Source: an uncultured Acidimicrobiales bacterium (GTDB lineage: Bacteria; Actinomycetota; Acidimicrobiia; Acidimicrobiales; UBA10347). From it: a DNA stretch of 64,000 nucleotides. The notes below the pieces were generated by a model. It did no database searches, was not told the DNA's origin, and saw nothing but the letters and a program-made list of their open reading frames with translations. The translations under genes and the position numbers were made by a program. The stretch lies in NCBI GenBank assembly GCA_943788915.1, contig CALSSD010000006.1, positions 124,001-188,000 on the forward strand, read 5' to 3'. Below, piece by piece: positions 50,394 through 59,888 of the stretch; positions within the stretch are counted from its first letter, which is position 1, and every line of letters starts with the position of its first letter.

Positions 50394-51013
50394 CGCGGTT
50401 TCGCAGGTACTCCGGCAACGGTGATACCAGCGGGGACATCCTTCGTCACCACGGCTCCTGCGCCGACGATGGACCCCGTCCCGATGGTGATGCCAGGCAG
50501 GATTGTCGCGCCGGCAGCGATCCACGCCCGGTCGTTGATCGTCACGCCGCCACATATCGTGACCGACGGCGAGATCGTCACGTCGCGGCCCACTCGATCA
50601 TCGTGACTTAGGATGGCGCCGGTATTGATCAAGGTGCCGGGCCCGACGACCGCATTCGATGTGATTCGGGCGCCAGGTGACACGATGCAACCGATGCCGA
50701 ACTCGACAGCGAGGCCGACGGTTGCGTCGGGATGGATCAGCGTGGTGGCGTGGCGATCAGCATCCGCTAGCCGAACCCTGAGTGTGTGCCGTTCGGCGCC
50801 GTCTCCTCCGGTGATTGCTACTGGACCTGGCGGAAGAGCAGCGATATCGCCTGTCCAGCTGATTGCTTCGAGGCCTAACGCAGTGGCGGCCGCGAGAGCT
50901 GAACCCGTCCCCGCGATCGCTCGAACCGGCAGACCTAATGCCGCACATATCGATGCAACCTCGGCCGCATAACCAGACTCTGCGAGGATGACGATCCCAT
51001 CGGTACTTCCCAT
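50390..51013 (-). CDS. NeuD/PglB-family hexapeptide-repeat acetyltransferase
   Basis: LIHPDA, INTGA..SHD and VGAGAVVTKDVP..V.GVPAK motifs. Confidence 0.88.
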   Translation of the reverse strand: MGSTDGIVILAESGYAAEVASICAALGLPVRAIAGTGSALAAATALGLEAISWTGDIAALPPGPVAITGGDGAERHTLRVRLADADRHATTLIHPDATVGLAVEFGIGCIVSPGARITSNAVVGPGTLINTGAILSHDDRVGRDVTISPSVTICGGVTINDRAWIAAGATILPGITIGTGSIVGAGAVVTKDVPAGITVAGVPAKPR

Positions 51014-51087
51014 GGGGCAATCATGACACCGGGAGTCATGTGGCGTGTCATGCAGTCACAGGCGCGAGCTGGTGTGACCAGGCCGAA

Positions 51088-51138
51088 GCAAATAAGGAGC
51101 GTGATGTACGAAATATGTACATCAGGCTCCTAATTTGC
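51088..51138. repeat. Long AT-rich palindrome (22-bp stem, 2 mismatches); terminator or REP-like element
   Basis: GCAAAT-A-AGGAGC-G-TGATGTAC [GAAATAT] GTACATCA-G-GCTCCT-A-ATTTGC. Confidence 0.8.
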
Positions 51139-51139
51139 G

Positions 51140-52810
51140 TTATTGCTCGATGCCGAGAGCTTTGTGGGCGGTGGCGACTGCCCACTTGTAGTCGGACTTG
51201 CCGTTGGGGCTGCGGAACAACGTGTCGACACGCACGATGTGTTTCGGCAACTTGTAGCCCGACAGACTCGCCCGCAGACTGTCCACAAGTTCGGTGTCTG
51301 TTGCGGTAGCCCCGTCGGTGAGCTGCACGATTGCTGTCACAGCGGCTCCCCACTTGGGGTCAGGGACGCCGACGACGTTGGCATCGACGATTTGGTCGAG
51401 CAGCTTGAGCGCCTCCTCGATCTCTTCGGGATACACCTTTTCGCCACCGGTATTGATTGATACCGACCCCCGACCCAGCAGGGTCACGGTGCCGTCTGCG
51501 GCAACGGTGGCCCAGTCACCAGGGATTGACCAGCGCTGACCCTCGATTTCGCGGAACGTCTCGGCCGACTTGACCGGATCACCGTAATACCCGAGCGGGA
51601 TTGGCCCGCCTACAGCCAACAGGCCGCGCTCGTCTGATCCAGGTTCGACTCGTCGACCATCTTCGGTGAAGACCGCGGCGTCTGGACCGAGCGTAAACGT
51701 CGCAGTCTCCGTATCGGCGCCGCCTCCCGCCGAGGACTGTTTGCCAGCAAAGCCAACACCCTCGCTGGAACCGAGCGAGTCATTGAGGATCACGGTGGTG
51801 CCGCCTGCGTGTGCATGGGCCAGCAACCGATCCTTGACGGGTTGGCTCCACATGACACCTGACGACGTGATCGAGGCAAGGGAGGTCAAATCATAAGGAC
51901 GGCCAGCCTCAGAAGCCCTATCGAGGGATTCGACCATCGGGGTGCAGAAGACATCACCCACAATCGATGCCACCGTGCACCGGCGATCCTGCACGGTTTG
52001 CCATAACTCGTCAGCATCCAGGCTGCGACTCGTCATGGTGACAACGGCCCCGCCGCACGTGAGATACATGAGTGCGCCAATGCCGGCCGTGCCATGCATC
52101 AGCGGTGAAGCAGCCATCTGCCGAGGGGCCAGGCCGAGTTCGGCGATGGAGGCCGCGGCCTGACCGACCTGGTCAAGCGACGTCGGCATGGTCACGCCGT
52201 AGCCATCGAAGAGGCGTTTGGTGATGGTCAAGATGTTGTGGTGGGGCCACATGACACCTTTGGGATTACCGGTCGTGCCGCCGGTGTACAGAAGCCAGAG
52301 ATCTTGGCCCGAACGCTCGATGCGAGCCGCTGGCTCATTGTCAGCGATGAGCGTCTCGAAGCCGACCGCCCAGTCAGGCACCGGCTCACCTTCGCCGCCG
52401 ACCTGAATCCACAACCGAACGTCGGTGAGTTGTTCGTGCACGTTGTCGAAACGTTCGGCCAGGCTTGCGTCGAAGAACACTGCCTTCGCATCGCTGTTAT
52501 CGATGAGGTAGAGCAGCTCGGCTTCGACATACCGATAGTTCACGTTGCACGGAGCAGCCCGAACCTTGAAGGCTGCGTACCCAGCCTCGATGTACTCGTT
52601 GCCGTTGAGCAGAGCGCACGCGACATTGTCGCCCGCGCCGATACCAACGGCGCCGAGAGCGGCTGCGAGTTGTGACGAGCGCTCATCGAACTCAGCCCAG
52701 GTGCGAGTTGTATCGCCATGGGCCAACGCCAGAGCGTCGGGTTGACGATCAGCGATCTGTTCCCAGATCGATGCCAGATTCATGTTTTCGTCAAACATTG
52801 CAGTGCTCAT
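51140..52810 (-). CDS. Acyl-CoA synthetase (FadD19-like)
   Basis: YTGGTTGNPKGVMW, GSSE, PGD.A, INTGGEKVYPEE and RSPNGK motifs. Confidence 0.9.
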   Translation of the reverse strand: MSTAMFDENMNLASIWEQIADRQPDALALAHGDTTRTWAEFDERSSQLAAALGAVGIGAGDNVACALLNGNEYIEAGYAAFKVRAAPCNVNYRYVEAELLYLIDNSDAKAVFFDASLAERFDNVHEQLTDVRLWIQVGGEGEPVPDWAVGFETLIADNEPAARIERSGQDLWLLYTGGTTGNPKGVMWPHHNILTITKRLFDGYGVTMPTSLDQVGQAAASIAELGLAPRQMAASPLMHGTAGIGALMYLTCGGAVVTMTSRSLDADELWQTVQDRRCTVASIVGDVFCTPMVESLDRASEAGRPYDLTSLASITSSGVMWSQPVKDRLLAHAHAGGTTVILNDSLGSSEGVGFAGKQSSAGGGADTETATFTLGPDAAVFTEDGRRVEPGSDERGLLAVGGPIPLGYYGDPVKSAETFREIEGQRWSIPGDWATVAADGTVTLLGRGSVSINTGGEKVYPEEIEEALKLLDQIVDANVVGVPDPKWGAAVTAIVQLTDGATATDTELVDSLRASLSGYKLPKHIVRVDTLFRSPNGKSDYKWAVATAHKALGIEQ

Positions 52811-53199
52811 CGTGGAATCGTGTTGATGCGAGCGGGGTCAATGGTGACGATGTAGCGGTGATCGTCGGGTCCGTCAGATGGAGGACCATCGGCGCCGTAC
52901 TGCGCTCGAACCTTGGTTACGAATGCCTTGTCGGGGTCCGGTTCCATGCTGGCGGTGCCCCGCACCTCGATCACATTACTCATGTTGGTCGGGTTCATCA
53001 GAAAGAAGGTGCATGCCGGATTCGCCTCGAGATTGCGAAACTTCTTACGGTGCCCGATCAGCGAAAACTTGATCTTGCCGTCGTCGTACAGAAACCACAT
53101 CGCGGTGGATTGAATCAACCCGCTCGGTGTTGTGGTGCTGATGATGCAACCGTGTGGCTTGCTAACCAGTGCAACATGTGACTCAGGAATCGGGATCAC
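52807..53199 (-). CDS. PPOX-class F420-dependent (split barrel) protein
   Basis: ST..PSG.IQST.MWF, K.RNL..NP and EVRG.A motifs. Confidence 0.85.
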   Translation of the reverse strand: MIPIPESHVALVSKPHGCIISTTTPSGLIQSTAMWFLYDDGKIKFSLIGHRKKFRNLEANPACTFFLMNPTNMSNVIEVRGTASMEPDPDKAFVTKVRAQYGADGPPSDGPDDHRYIVTIDPARINTIPR

Positions 53200-53309
53200 G
53201 AACATCTCCAAATGCGTAAGCCACAGTCGGTGGCATTTGCGGCGGCTACGGGGTCAGACCCTAATCTGCACCGGAGAACACTCGTTAGTGATCAACCGGG
53301 GGAGTTGCC

Positions 53310-54545
53310 ATGAATGAAGCATGGATAATCGATGCATGTCGTACACCAAGAGGCATCGGCAAAGTAGGGAAAGGTGCGCTTGCAGATATGCACCCGCAGC
53401 GGCTGGCGTCGTCTGTGCTTGCTGCGCTGGCTGAACGCAACGACTTGGACACTGCCGATGTAGACGACGTGATTTGGGGGACGTCGAACCAGTCGGGTGA
53501 CCAGGGTGGCGATCTCGGTCGTATGGCTGCACTCGATGCTGGCTGGGATCAGCGAGCAAGCGGCGTGACGCTCGATCGTTTCTGTGGCTCAGGCATCAGC
53601 GCAACGAACTTCGCGGCAGCCAAGGTTGCGTCAGGCATGGAAGATCTGGTGGTCGCTGGTGGCACCGAAATGATGTCGGCGAGCGAACGTAATGGCCACA
53701 ATCCATCCGGCGGTATGCACCGCGGTAATGCCCATCTCGATGCGCTTCATCCGCAGAGTCACCAAGGCGTCTGCGCCGATGCGATCGCCACACTCGAAAA
53801 CATTCCCAGGCGTGCCCTCGACGAGCTCGCTGCAGAATCGCAACGCCGAGCCGAAGTAGCTATCAAAGAAGGTCGCTTCGACCGTTCGATCATCCCAGTA
53901 TTTGACACCGACGGCGCGCTGCTGCTCGATCGCGAGGAGTATCCGCGACCAGGCACGACCTATGACACCCTCGCTGGCCTCAAACCCAGCTTTATTGCCT
54001 TTGGCGAAGCCCCGGCGTGGGAGGGAGGGCCCACCTTGGCTGAACAGATCCAACGCAAGTTCCCTGGACTGGATATCGAACACGTGCATCACGCAGGCAA
54101 TTCATCGGGTGTGGTCGACGGTGCGGCTGCACTGCTGCTCGCGAGTCCCGACTACGCCAAGGCCCATGGGATGACGCCCCGAGCACGCGTTATCGCAGCG
54201 GTCAACATGGGCGATGATCCAACACTCATGCTTAACGCTCCGGTTCCTGCAGCTCGCAAGGCCATGGCCAAGGCCGGCATGACACTAGACGACATCGATC
54301 TGATCGAGATCAACGAGGCGTTCGCAGTGGTATCCGAGAAGTTTCAGCGAGACCTCGATGTTGATCGAAGCAAAGTCAACGTAAATGGTGCTGCTATTGC
54401 GCTCGGCCATCCGATTGGGGCTACTGGAGCGGTGTTGATCGGCACGGTGCTGGACGAACTCGAACGCACTGACAAGCAGGTAGGGCTGGTCACCATGTGC
54501 GCCGCTGGCGGAATGGCTCCAGCAATTATCATCGAACGAATCTGA
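53310..54545 (+). CDS. Acetyl-CoA C-acyltransferase (thiolase)
   Basis: DRFCGS, NEAF, GHPIGATG and MCAAGG motifs. Confidence 0.94.
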   Translation: MNEAWIIDACRTPRGIGKVGKGALADMHPQRLASSVLAALAERNDLDTADVDDVIWGTSNQSGDQGGDLGRMAALDAGWDQRASGVTLDRFCGSGISATNFAAAKVASGMEDLVVAGGTEMMSASERNGHNPSGGMHRGNAHLDALHPQSHQGVCADAIATLENIPRRALDELAAESQRRAEVAIKEGRFDRSIIPVFDTDGALLLDREEYPRPGTTYDTLAGLKPSFIAFGEAPAWEGGPTLAEQIQRKFPGLDIEHVHHAGNSSGVVDGAAALLLASPDYAKAHGMTPRARVIAAVNMGDDPTLMLNAPVPAARKAMAKAGMTLDDIDLIEINEAFAVVSEKFQRDLDVDRSKVNVNGAAIALGHPIGATGAVLIGTVLDELERTDKQVGLVTMCAAGGMAPAIIIERI

Positions 54546-54578
54546 TCGCGCGACACCAACGATCTGGGGAGACACATC

Positions 54579-55340
54579 ATGGAGCTACAAGGACTGCGAG
54601 CAATGATGGTCGGCGGTGCCTCGGGCATGTGCCGGGCCACTGCCATACGTATTGTTGCTGGAGGCGGCAAGGTCGCCATCGTCGATCGACCAGAATCTGC
54701 CGGGGCCGAGGTCGCAGCAGAACTAGGGGGCTCCTGGCATCCGGTCAACGTGCTCGATTATGAAGGTACTGAGTTGGTCATCACTGAGGCCGTCGAGGCT
54801 CTCGGTGGTCTTGATGCAATGGTGAACACCCCTGGTGGCGGCAAGGCAGGGCGAACCGTTTCGAAGACCGGCCCGTACCCACTCGAAGACTTCCAAGCGG
54901 TGGTCGACCTGAACCTGATTGCCACGTTCAACGTGAACCGGCTTTCTGCGTGGCACATGAGCAAGAACGACCCGAACGAAGATGAAGAACGTGGTGTCAT
55001 GATCAACACCGCGTCGATCGCAGCGTTCGAAGGCCAGATCGGGCAGATCGCCTACACCGCGAGCAAGGCGGCGGTGGCAGGTATGACGCTCACGATGGCA
55101 CGCGATCTGGGATCGCTTGGGATCCGGGTGAACACTATTGCGCCGAGCCTGTTCGAGACAGGATTAACCGCCCGCGTCACCGAGGATCGGGCCGAGAACA
55201 TGACCAAGGACGCAGCATTTCCGCGTCGTATGGGTAGACCCGATGAATACGGCCGCCTAGCCGTGGCCATCATCGAGAACCCGATGCTCAACGGCGACAC
55301 GATCCGGCTCGACGGCGGTCAACGTTTCGCCCCGAAATAG
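54579..55340 (+). CDS. SDR, 3-hydroxyacyl-CoA dehydrogenase type II-like
   Basis: GGASG, NTASIAAFEGQIGQ.AY.ASK and IRLDGG motifs. Confidence 0.92.
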   Translation: MELQGLRAMMVGGASGMCRATAIRIVAGGGKVAIVDRPESAGAEVAAELGGSWHPVNVLDYEGTELVITEAVEALGGLDAMVNTPGGGKAGRTVSKTGPYPLEDFQAVVDLNLIATFNVNRLSAWHMSKNDPNEDEERGVMINTASIAAFEGQIGQIAYTASKAAVAGMTLTMARDLGSLGIRVNTIAPSLFETGLTARVTEDRAENMTKDAAFPRRMGRPDEYGRLAVAIIENPMLNGDTIRLDGGQRFAPK

Positions 55341-55354
55341 ATAGTGCGCAGTCG

Positions 55355-55888
55355 TTACACGCCGACAACCTGATAGCCGTCGAGCATGGTCAAGAACGGA
55401 GACACGGGCTCGGGTGGCATGTCTTGGCCGTGGACATCGGAGCGGACCTCGCCGATCCATTTGCTGTGCTGGTACTCGTGATTGATCACTGCGACCAGGA
55501 GCCCGTGGGCGATGACTCGCAGCTGGGCCGGAGCGCCAACATTGCCGTCGTCGATGTTGCCGATCCGAAATCGAACTCGGTCGGCCACGGTTGATCGGTA
55601 GTCGTTCAGCCGCTCCAGGTCCGGTAGTTCGCCGCGGTCTCGTTCTGCGGTGGCCGAGTCCATAAGTGCGTCGAGCTCAGGATCGATCAGCGCTTCGGCT
55701 GCGGTTAGGTTACGCACCATGAAGTGGGCAACTGCGGCCTGATGGCCGAGGTGCCAGCCGATGGCGCTGGCGTCTTCGCCAGAGCGCCAGTGGACCTGGT
55801 CTTGGGAAAGATCGTCAACCAGGCTGGCGGTGTAAGCCAACGACCGTTCGTATTCCTCGACCAGGTTCGTCAAAGATGGTGTCGTCAT
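55355..55888 (-). CDS. DinB-family protein
   Basis: SAIGWHLGH and NHEYQH motifs. Confidence 0.8.
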   Translation of the reverse strand: MTTPSLTNLVEEYERSLAYTASLVDDLSQDQVHWRSGEDASAIGWHLGHQAAVAHFMVRNLTAAEALIDPELDALMDSATAERDRGELPDLERLNDYRSTVADRVRFRIGNIDDGNVGAPAQLRVIAHGLLVAVINHEYQHSKWIGEVRSDVHGQDMPPEPVSPFLTMLDGYQVVGV

Positions 55889-55896
55889 GGCTGCGA

Positions 55897-56199
55897 TCAG
55901 CCGGTGAAGGTCGGCACTGGAGCCGTCAGCGGAGCAGCGACCGGAGGAGCAGCGTCGGTGCGGGGCACGATGCAAGTCTGACCGTCGTCGGACAACGCCC
56001 CTTGGGAGCAGCTGGTGGTGGTGACCACATTGTCATCAACAGCAGGGGAGAGACAGCTCGCCCCGTCGGCGGCCAGTTCAGTGCCTGCCGGGCACATGGT
56101 CGCCTCTTGGGCGTCGGAGTACTTGGTAATCACGAACAGTCCGCCAACTGCGAACAGCACCACGATCACGAGAGAAGAAAGCGCTCGGTTGAGAGTCAT
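55897..56199 (-). CDS. Small exported Cys-containing protein ending in PTFTG
   Basis: N-terminal hydrophobic helix and two C..G.L..DG..C motifs. TACGGT -10 box before the ATG. Confidence 0.7.
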   Translation of the reverse strand: MTLNRALSSLVIVVLFAVGGLFVITKYSDAQEATMCPAGTELAADGASCLSPAVDDNVVTTTSCSQGALSDDGQTCIVPRTDAAPPVAAPLTAPVPTFTG

Positions 56200-56255
56200 G
56201 GGCGCAAACCGTAGCAAGGAGCTGACCTGTACGAGCTGCAAGTAGGGTTTGCCGC

Positions 56256-57485
56256 ATGTCCGCCGATGGCCCCCATATCGCCATCATCGGCGGTGGCCCA
56301 GCAGGGCTCATGGCCGCCGAGCGTCTGGCCGGGGCAGGCCTGCGGGTCACCATCTATGAACACAAACGTTCCGTGGGGCGGAAATTTCTGCTGGCTGGAC
56401 GCGGCGGCCTCAACATCACTCACGGCGAGTCACTCGAGGACTTGCTGGGCCGTTACGGCGACCGCCGGGCATTCCTGGAACCTGCTGTCAGCGCCTTCTC
56501 GCCCGATGACCTTCAGGCATGGTGCGCCGATCTGGGGGAGCCAACATTTATCGGCACCAGCGATCGCGTGTTCCCGGCATCATTCCGAGCAACGCCACTG
56601 TTGCGAGCATGGCTTGCCCGGTTGACAGACAGAGGGGTGAAGATCGAGACCGGCCACCGCTGGGTGGGTTGGTCCGATACCGGTGCTAATCGGTTTGAGA
56701 CGTCTGATGGAGCCGCCATCGAGGCAGTAGCCGATGCGACTGTCTTCGCTCTTGGAGGTGCCAGCTGGCCCCGAGTCGGCTCTGATGGTGGATGGGTGTC
56801 GCCGTTTCGAAACGCTGGCATTCATGTCAGCGAGTTGGCAGCAGCGAACTGCGGCATCGTGGTCGGCTGGTCCGATGTGCTGGCACGCAAGTTTGCGGGA
56901 GAACCGATCAAGAACGCCCGATTCACCGTTGGTGACATGACGAGTCGAGGCGACGCGATGATCACGGCTTTGGGGCTCGAAGGTGGCCCGATTTACGCGC
57001 TGGGTCCGGCACTGCGCAGCGAGCTGGCTGCGACCGGACAGGCAACGCTGCTCGTTGACCTGCATCCAGATCTCGATCATGCATCGTTGGTTGCGCGGTT
57101 GGCAAAGCGTCGACCCAAAGCATCGATATCGAGCTGGTTGCACTCGGCTGGCGTTTCACCGGTAGCGGTTGCCCTGGCTCGTGACGTCACCTCGAACCAT
57201 CTGCCAGGTGACCCAGCGGTGCTCGCCGGATTGCTCAAGGCATTGCCGATCCCCATTACGGCGATGGCCCCCATCGAACGGGCCATCTCGACCGCAGGCG
57301 GAATTGCCGTCACCGAGGTCGATGAAGACTTCATGCTCACCCGGCGCCCTGGCGTGTTCGTGGCGGGTGAGATGCTCGATTGGGAAGCTCCGACGGGCGG
57401 CTACCTGTTGCAAGCCTGTCTCAGCACCGGCGTTGCCGCCGCCTCCGGTGTGCTCACATGGCTTGGGGTCGCGCCTACGAACTAA
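56256..57485 (+). CDS. HI0933/BaiN-like flavoprotein (TIGR03862-like)
   Basis: GGGPAG, GRKFLLAGRGGLN, AISTAGG and GEMLDWEAPTGGYLL motifs. Confidence 0.92.
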   Translation: MSADGPHIAIIGGGPAGLMAAERLAGAGLRVTIYEHKRSVGRKFLLAGRGGLNITHGESLEDLLGRYGDRRAFLEPAVSAFSPDDLQAWCADLGEPTFIGTSDRVFPASFRATPLLRAWLARLTDRGVKIETGHRWVGWSDTGANRFETSDGAAIEAVADATVFALGGASWPRVGSDGGWVSPFRNAGIHVSELAAANCGIVVGWSDVLARKFAGEPIKNARFTVGDMTSRGDAMITALGLEGGPIYALGPALRSELAATGQATLLVDLHPDLDHASLVARLAKRRPKASISSWLHSAGVSPVAVALARDVTSNHLPGDPAVLAGLLKALPIPITAMAPIERAISTAGGIAVTEVDEDFMLTRRPGVFVAGEMLDWEAPTGGYLLQACLSTGVAAASGVLTWLGVAPTN

Positions 57486-57494
57486 CGTCTTCGT

Positions 57495-58370
57495 ATGCAG
57501 ACCCGTCGACTTGGCCGCACCGGCCACAACAGCAGTGTCGCCATCTTGGGAGGGGCTGCGTTCGCAGTGTCTTCGCCAGCTGATGCCGAGGCACCTCTTC
57601 ACATGGCACTGGACCGAGGCGTAAACCACCTTGATATCGCGCCCCGCTACGGCGACGCAGAACTGGCTGTTGGTCCCCATATTCCGGCCGTTCGGGATCG
57701 CCTCTTCATTGGGGCCAAGACCGCTGAACGTGAAACCGACGCGGCACAAGCCGACTTGGAACGAACGCTCACCCGATTTGGAACCGATCACGTCGACCTC
57801 TATCAGGCCCACGCGATCACCGACCTTGCAGAACTCGATCGTGCAGCGCCGGCGTTCGAAGTCATCTTGGCGGCACGAGAACAAGGTGTTGCTCGCTTCG
57901 CCGGTGTGACCGGTCATGATCTTGGTGCGCCCCGTGCCCATCTTGAGGCCGTGAAACGGTACGACCTCGACACGGTGATGTTCCCGATCTATCCACGCGT
58001 ATGGGCCGACCCGGTCTACCGGGCCGACGCACAAGCACTGCTCGACTACTGCATGGAGCACGATGTCGGCGTGCAGATCATCAAGGCGATTGCCCGCCGG
58101 CCGTGGGGCGAAACCGCGCCGTTTCACCAGTGCTGGTACGAACCGTTTACCGAAGATGAAATGATTGCACGGGGGATCGGCTTTGCGCTCTCGACTCCTG
58201 GCGTCACCGGGTTCTGCACCGTTGGAGACCTCGCTCTGTTGCCGAGAGTCCTCGATGCCGCCGCTGCATACGTCGATCACGGACCGGAGCAGCGATCAGC
58301 CATCACTTCCTCGATGGATGATGAACCCCTCATCTTCCCGCTTGCCGATCACTTCCGGCGCGACACCTAA
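57495..58370 (+). CDS. Aldo/keto reductase
   Basis: RRLGRTG, D.AP.YG.AE and DLYQAH motifs. Confidence 0.9.
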   Translation: MQTRRLGRTGHNSSVAILGGAAFAVSSPADAEAPLHMALDRGVNHLDIAPRYGDAELAVGPHIPAVRDRLFIGAKTAERETDAAQADLERTLTRFGTDHVDLYQAHAITDLAELDRAAPAFEVILAAREQGVARFAGVTGHDLGAPRAHLEAVKRYDLDTVMFPIYPRVWADPVYRADAQALLDYCMEHDVGVQIIKAIARRPWGETAPFHQCWYEPFTEDEMIARGIGFALSTPGVTGFCTVGDLALLPRVLDAAAAYVDHGPEQRSAITSSMDDEPLIFPLADHFRRDT

Positions 58371-58424
58371 CGGTATGTCCAAACCAGACCCACCGAAAGC
58401 CAGTCCTACAGAAAGAGAGCACAC

Positions 58425-58850
58425 ATGACTCGAAAGACTGTCCACGATTTCGTGAACGAGGCCCGCAGCGAGATCGAAGAACTTGATGTCGCACAGGTAC
58501 AAGCCGAGGTCGCTGCTGGTTCGTGCACGATCATCGACATACGCGATATTCGCGAGCGAATTGGTCTCGGAGTGATTCCCGGCGCTGTGTCCGCGCCCCG
58601 GGGAATGCTCGAGTTCTGGTTCGATCCCGAAAGCCCGTACTACAACGACCGGTACTCGTTCGACGACCGGTACATCTTCCATTGCGCTGCCGGTTGGCGG
58701 TCTGCGTTGGCGGCCAAGGCCGTGCAGGATTTGGGCTACACCAATGTTGCGCATCTGGAGCCTGGGTTTAAGGGCTGGCAGGACGCCGGCGCCGAGGTCG
58801 AGGACATCACCGACACCGCACGATGGGTCAAGCGAGAAAAGAATCCCTAA
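58425..58850 (+). CDS. Rhodanese-like protein
   Basis: DIRD..E, IPGA..APRG.LEF and CAAGWRSALA motifs. Confidence 0.92.
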   Translation: MTRKTVHDFVNEARSEIEELDVAQVQAEVAAGSCTIIDIRDIRERIGLGVIPGAVSAPRGMLEFWFDPESPYYNDRYSFDDRYIFHCAAGWRSALAAKAVQDLGYTNVAHLEPGFKGWQDAGAEVEDITDTARWVKREKNP

Positions 58851-58925
58851 CCAGGTTGTAGGGTCGCGCTTCTCAGCGTGGCGGCGGCGACAAATCGTCG
58901 AGACAGTCCCGAGAGGAGTGTGGCC

Positions 58926-59855
58926 TTGACCTCATCGAGCGATACCTCAACTATTGGTTTCATCGGCCTCGGCAACATGGGCGCACCAATGGCGCAACGG
59001 CTGGTCGAGGCTGGGTACGAAGTCATCGTGAACGACCTCGATCCGGCTCGAAGTGCCGCGGTCGCCGAACACGGCGGCGTGACTGCAACCTCGGGACGGA
59101 CATGCGCCGACGCAGCTGACATTCTGTTCACGTCATTACCGACACCGACAAGCGTTCAGTCGCTCATGGCGGGTCCCGATGGCGTTCTCGCTCACCTGAA
59201 CCCAGGGTCGATTTGGGCCGATCTCACCACGAACTCCGGCGACTTGATCCGGAGCCTGGCCGCCCAAGCCCCACCCGGCGTCGAGGTCATTGACTCACCC
59301 GTGACCGGAGCCGTCGACGGCGCCAGATTAGGAAAGCTGACTATCTTCATGGGCGGCACATCGACAGCAATCGATGGCGTCGAGCCGGTCCTGAAGAATC
59401 TGGGCACCATCATTCGGTGTGGTCCGTTGGGAACCGGGAACGTCGTCAAGCTGGTCACGAATCAGCTGTGGTTCATTCATGCTGCGGCCATCGGCGAAGG
59501 TTTCGCCGTGGGCATGGCGAATGGCGTGAACCTGGAAACGCTTTGGTACGCGATCAAGGAGAGCGTTGGCGACAGCTTCGTGGCCCGCCACGATGCACCG
59601 TCGATCTTCGCGGGGCACTACCACCCGTCATTCACACTTGAGCTGTGTGAAAAGGATCTGCGGCTCACGAATGAACTCGCGCAGAATGTCGGAACCGACC
59701 TGCCAATGACCGAGGCGGCGACCGGCGCATTCACCCGCGCAATCGAGCGATACGGCCCCGACGTTGGCGAACTGCACGTGGCCAAACGCATCGAAGACGA
59801 TGCCAATCTCTCGTACCGCCTCGTAGGCGACTGGGTTCCTCACTGGGAGAAGTGA
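58926..59855 (+). CDS. NAD(P)-dependent beta-hydroxyacid dehydrogenase family
   Basis: GFIGLGNMG, DSPVTG, KLVTN and F.L.L..KD motifs. Confidence 0.9.
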   Translation: MTSSSDTSTIGFIGLGNMGAPMAQRLVEAGYEVIVNDLDPARSAAVAEHGGVTATSGRTCADAADILFTSLPTPTSVQSLMAGPDGVLAHLNPGSIWADLTTNSGDLIRSLAAQAPPGVEVIDSPVTGAVDGARLGKLTIFMGGTSTAIDGVEPVLKNLGTIIRCGPLGTGNVVKLVTNQLWFIHAAAIGEGFAVGMANGVNLETLWYAIKESVGDSFVARHDAPSIFAGHYHPSFTLELCEKDLRLTNELAQNVGTDLPMTEAATGAFTRAIERYGPDVGELHVAKRIEDDANLSYRLVGDWVPHWEK

Positions 59856-59888
59856 GTTCAGCGCACGACGTTCACTAACGTCGTCGGA

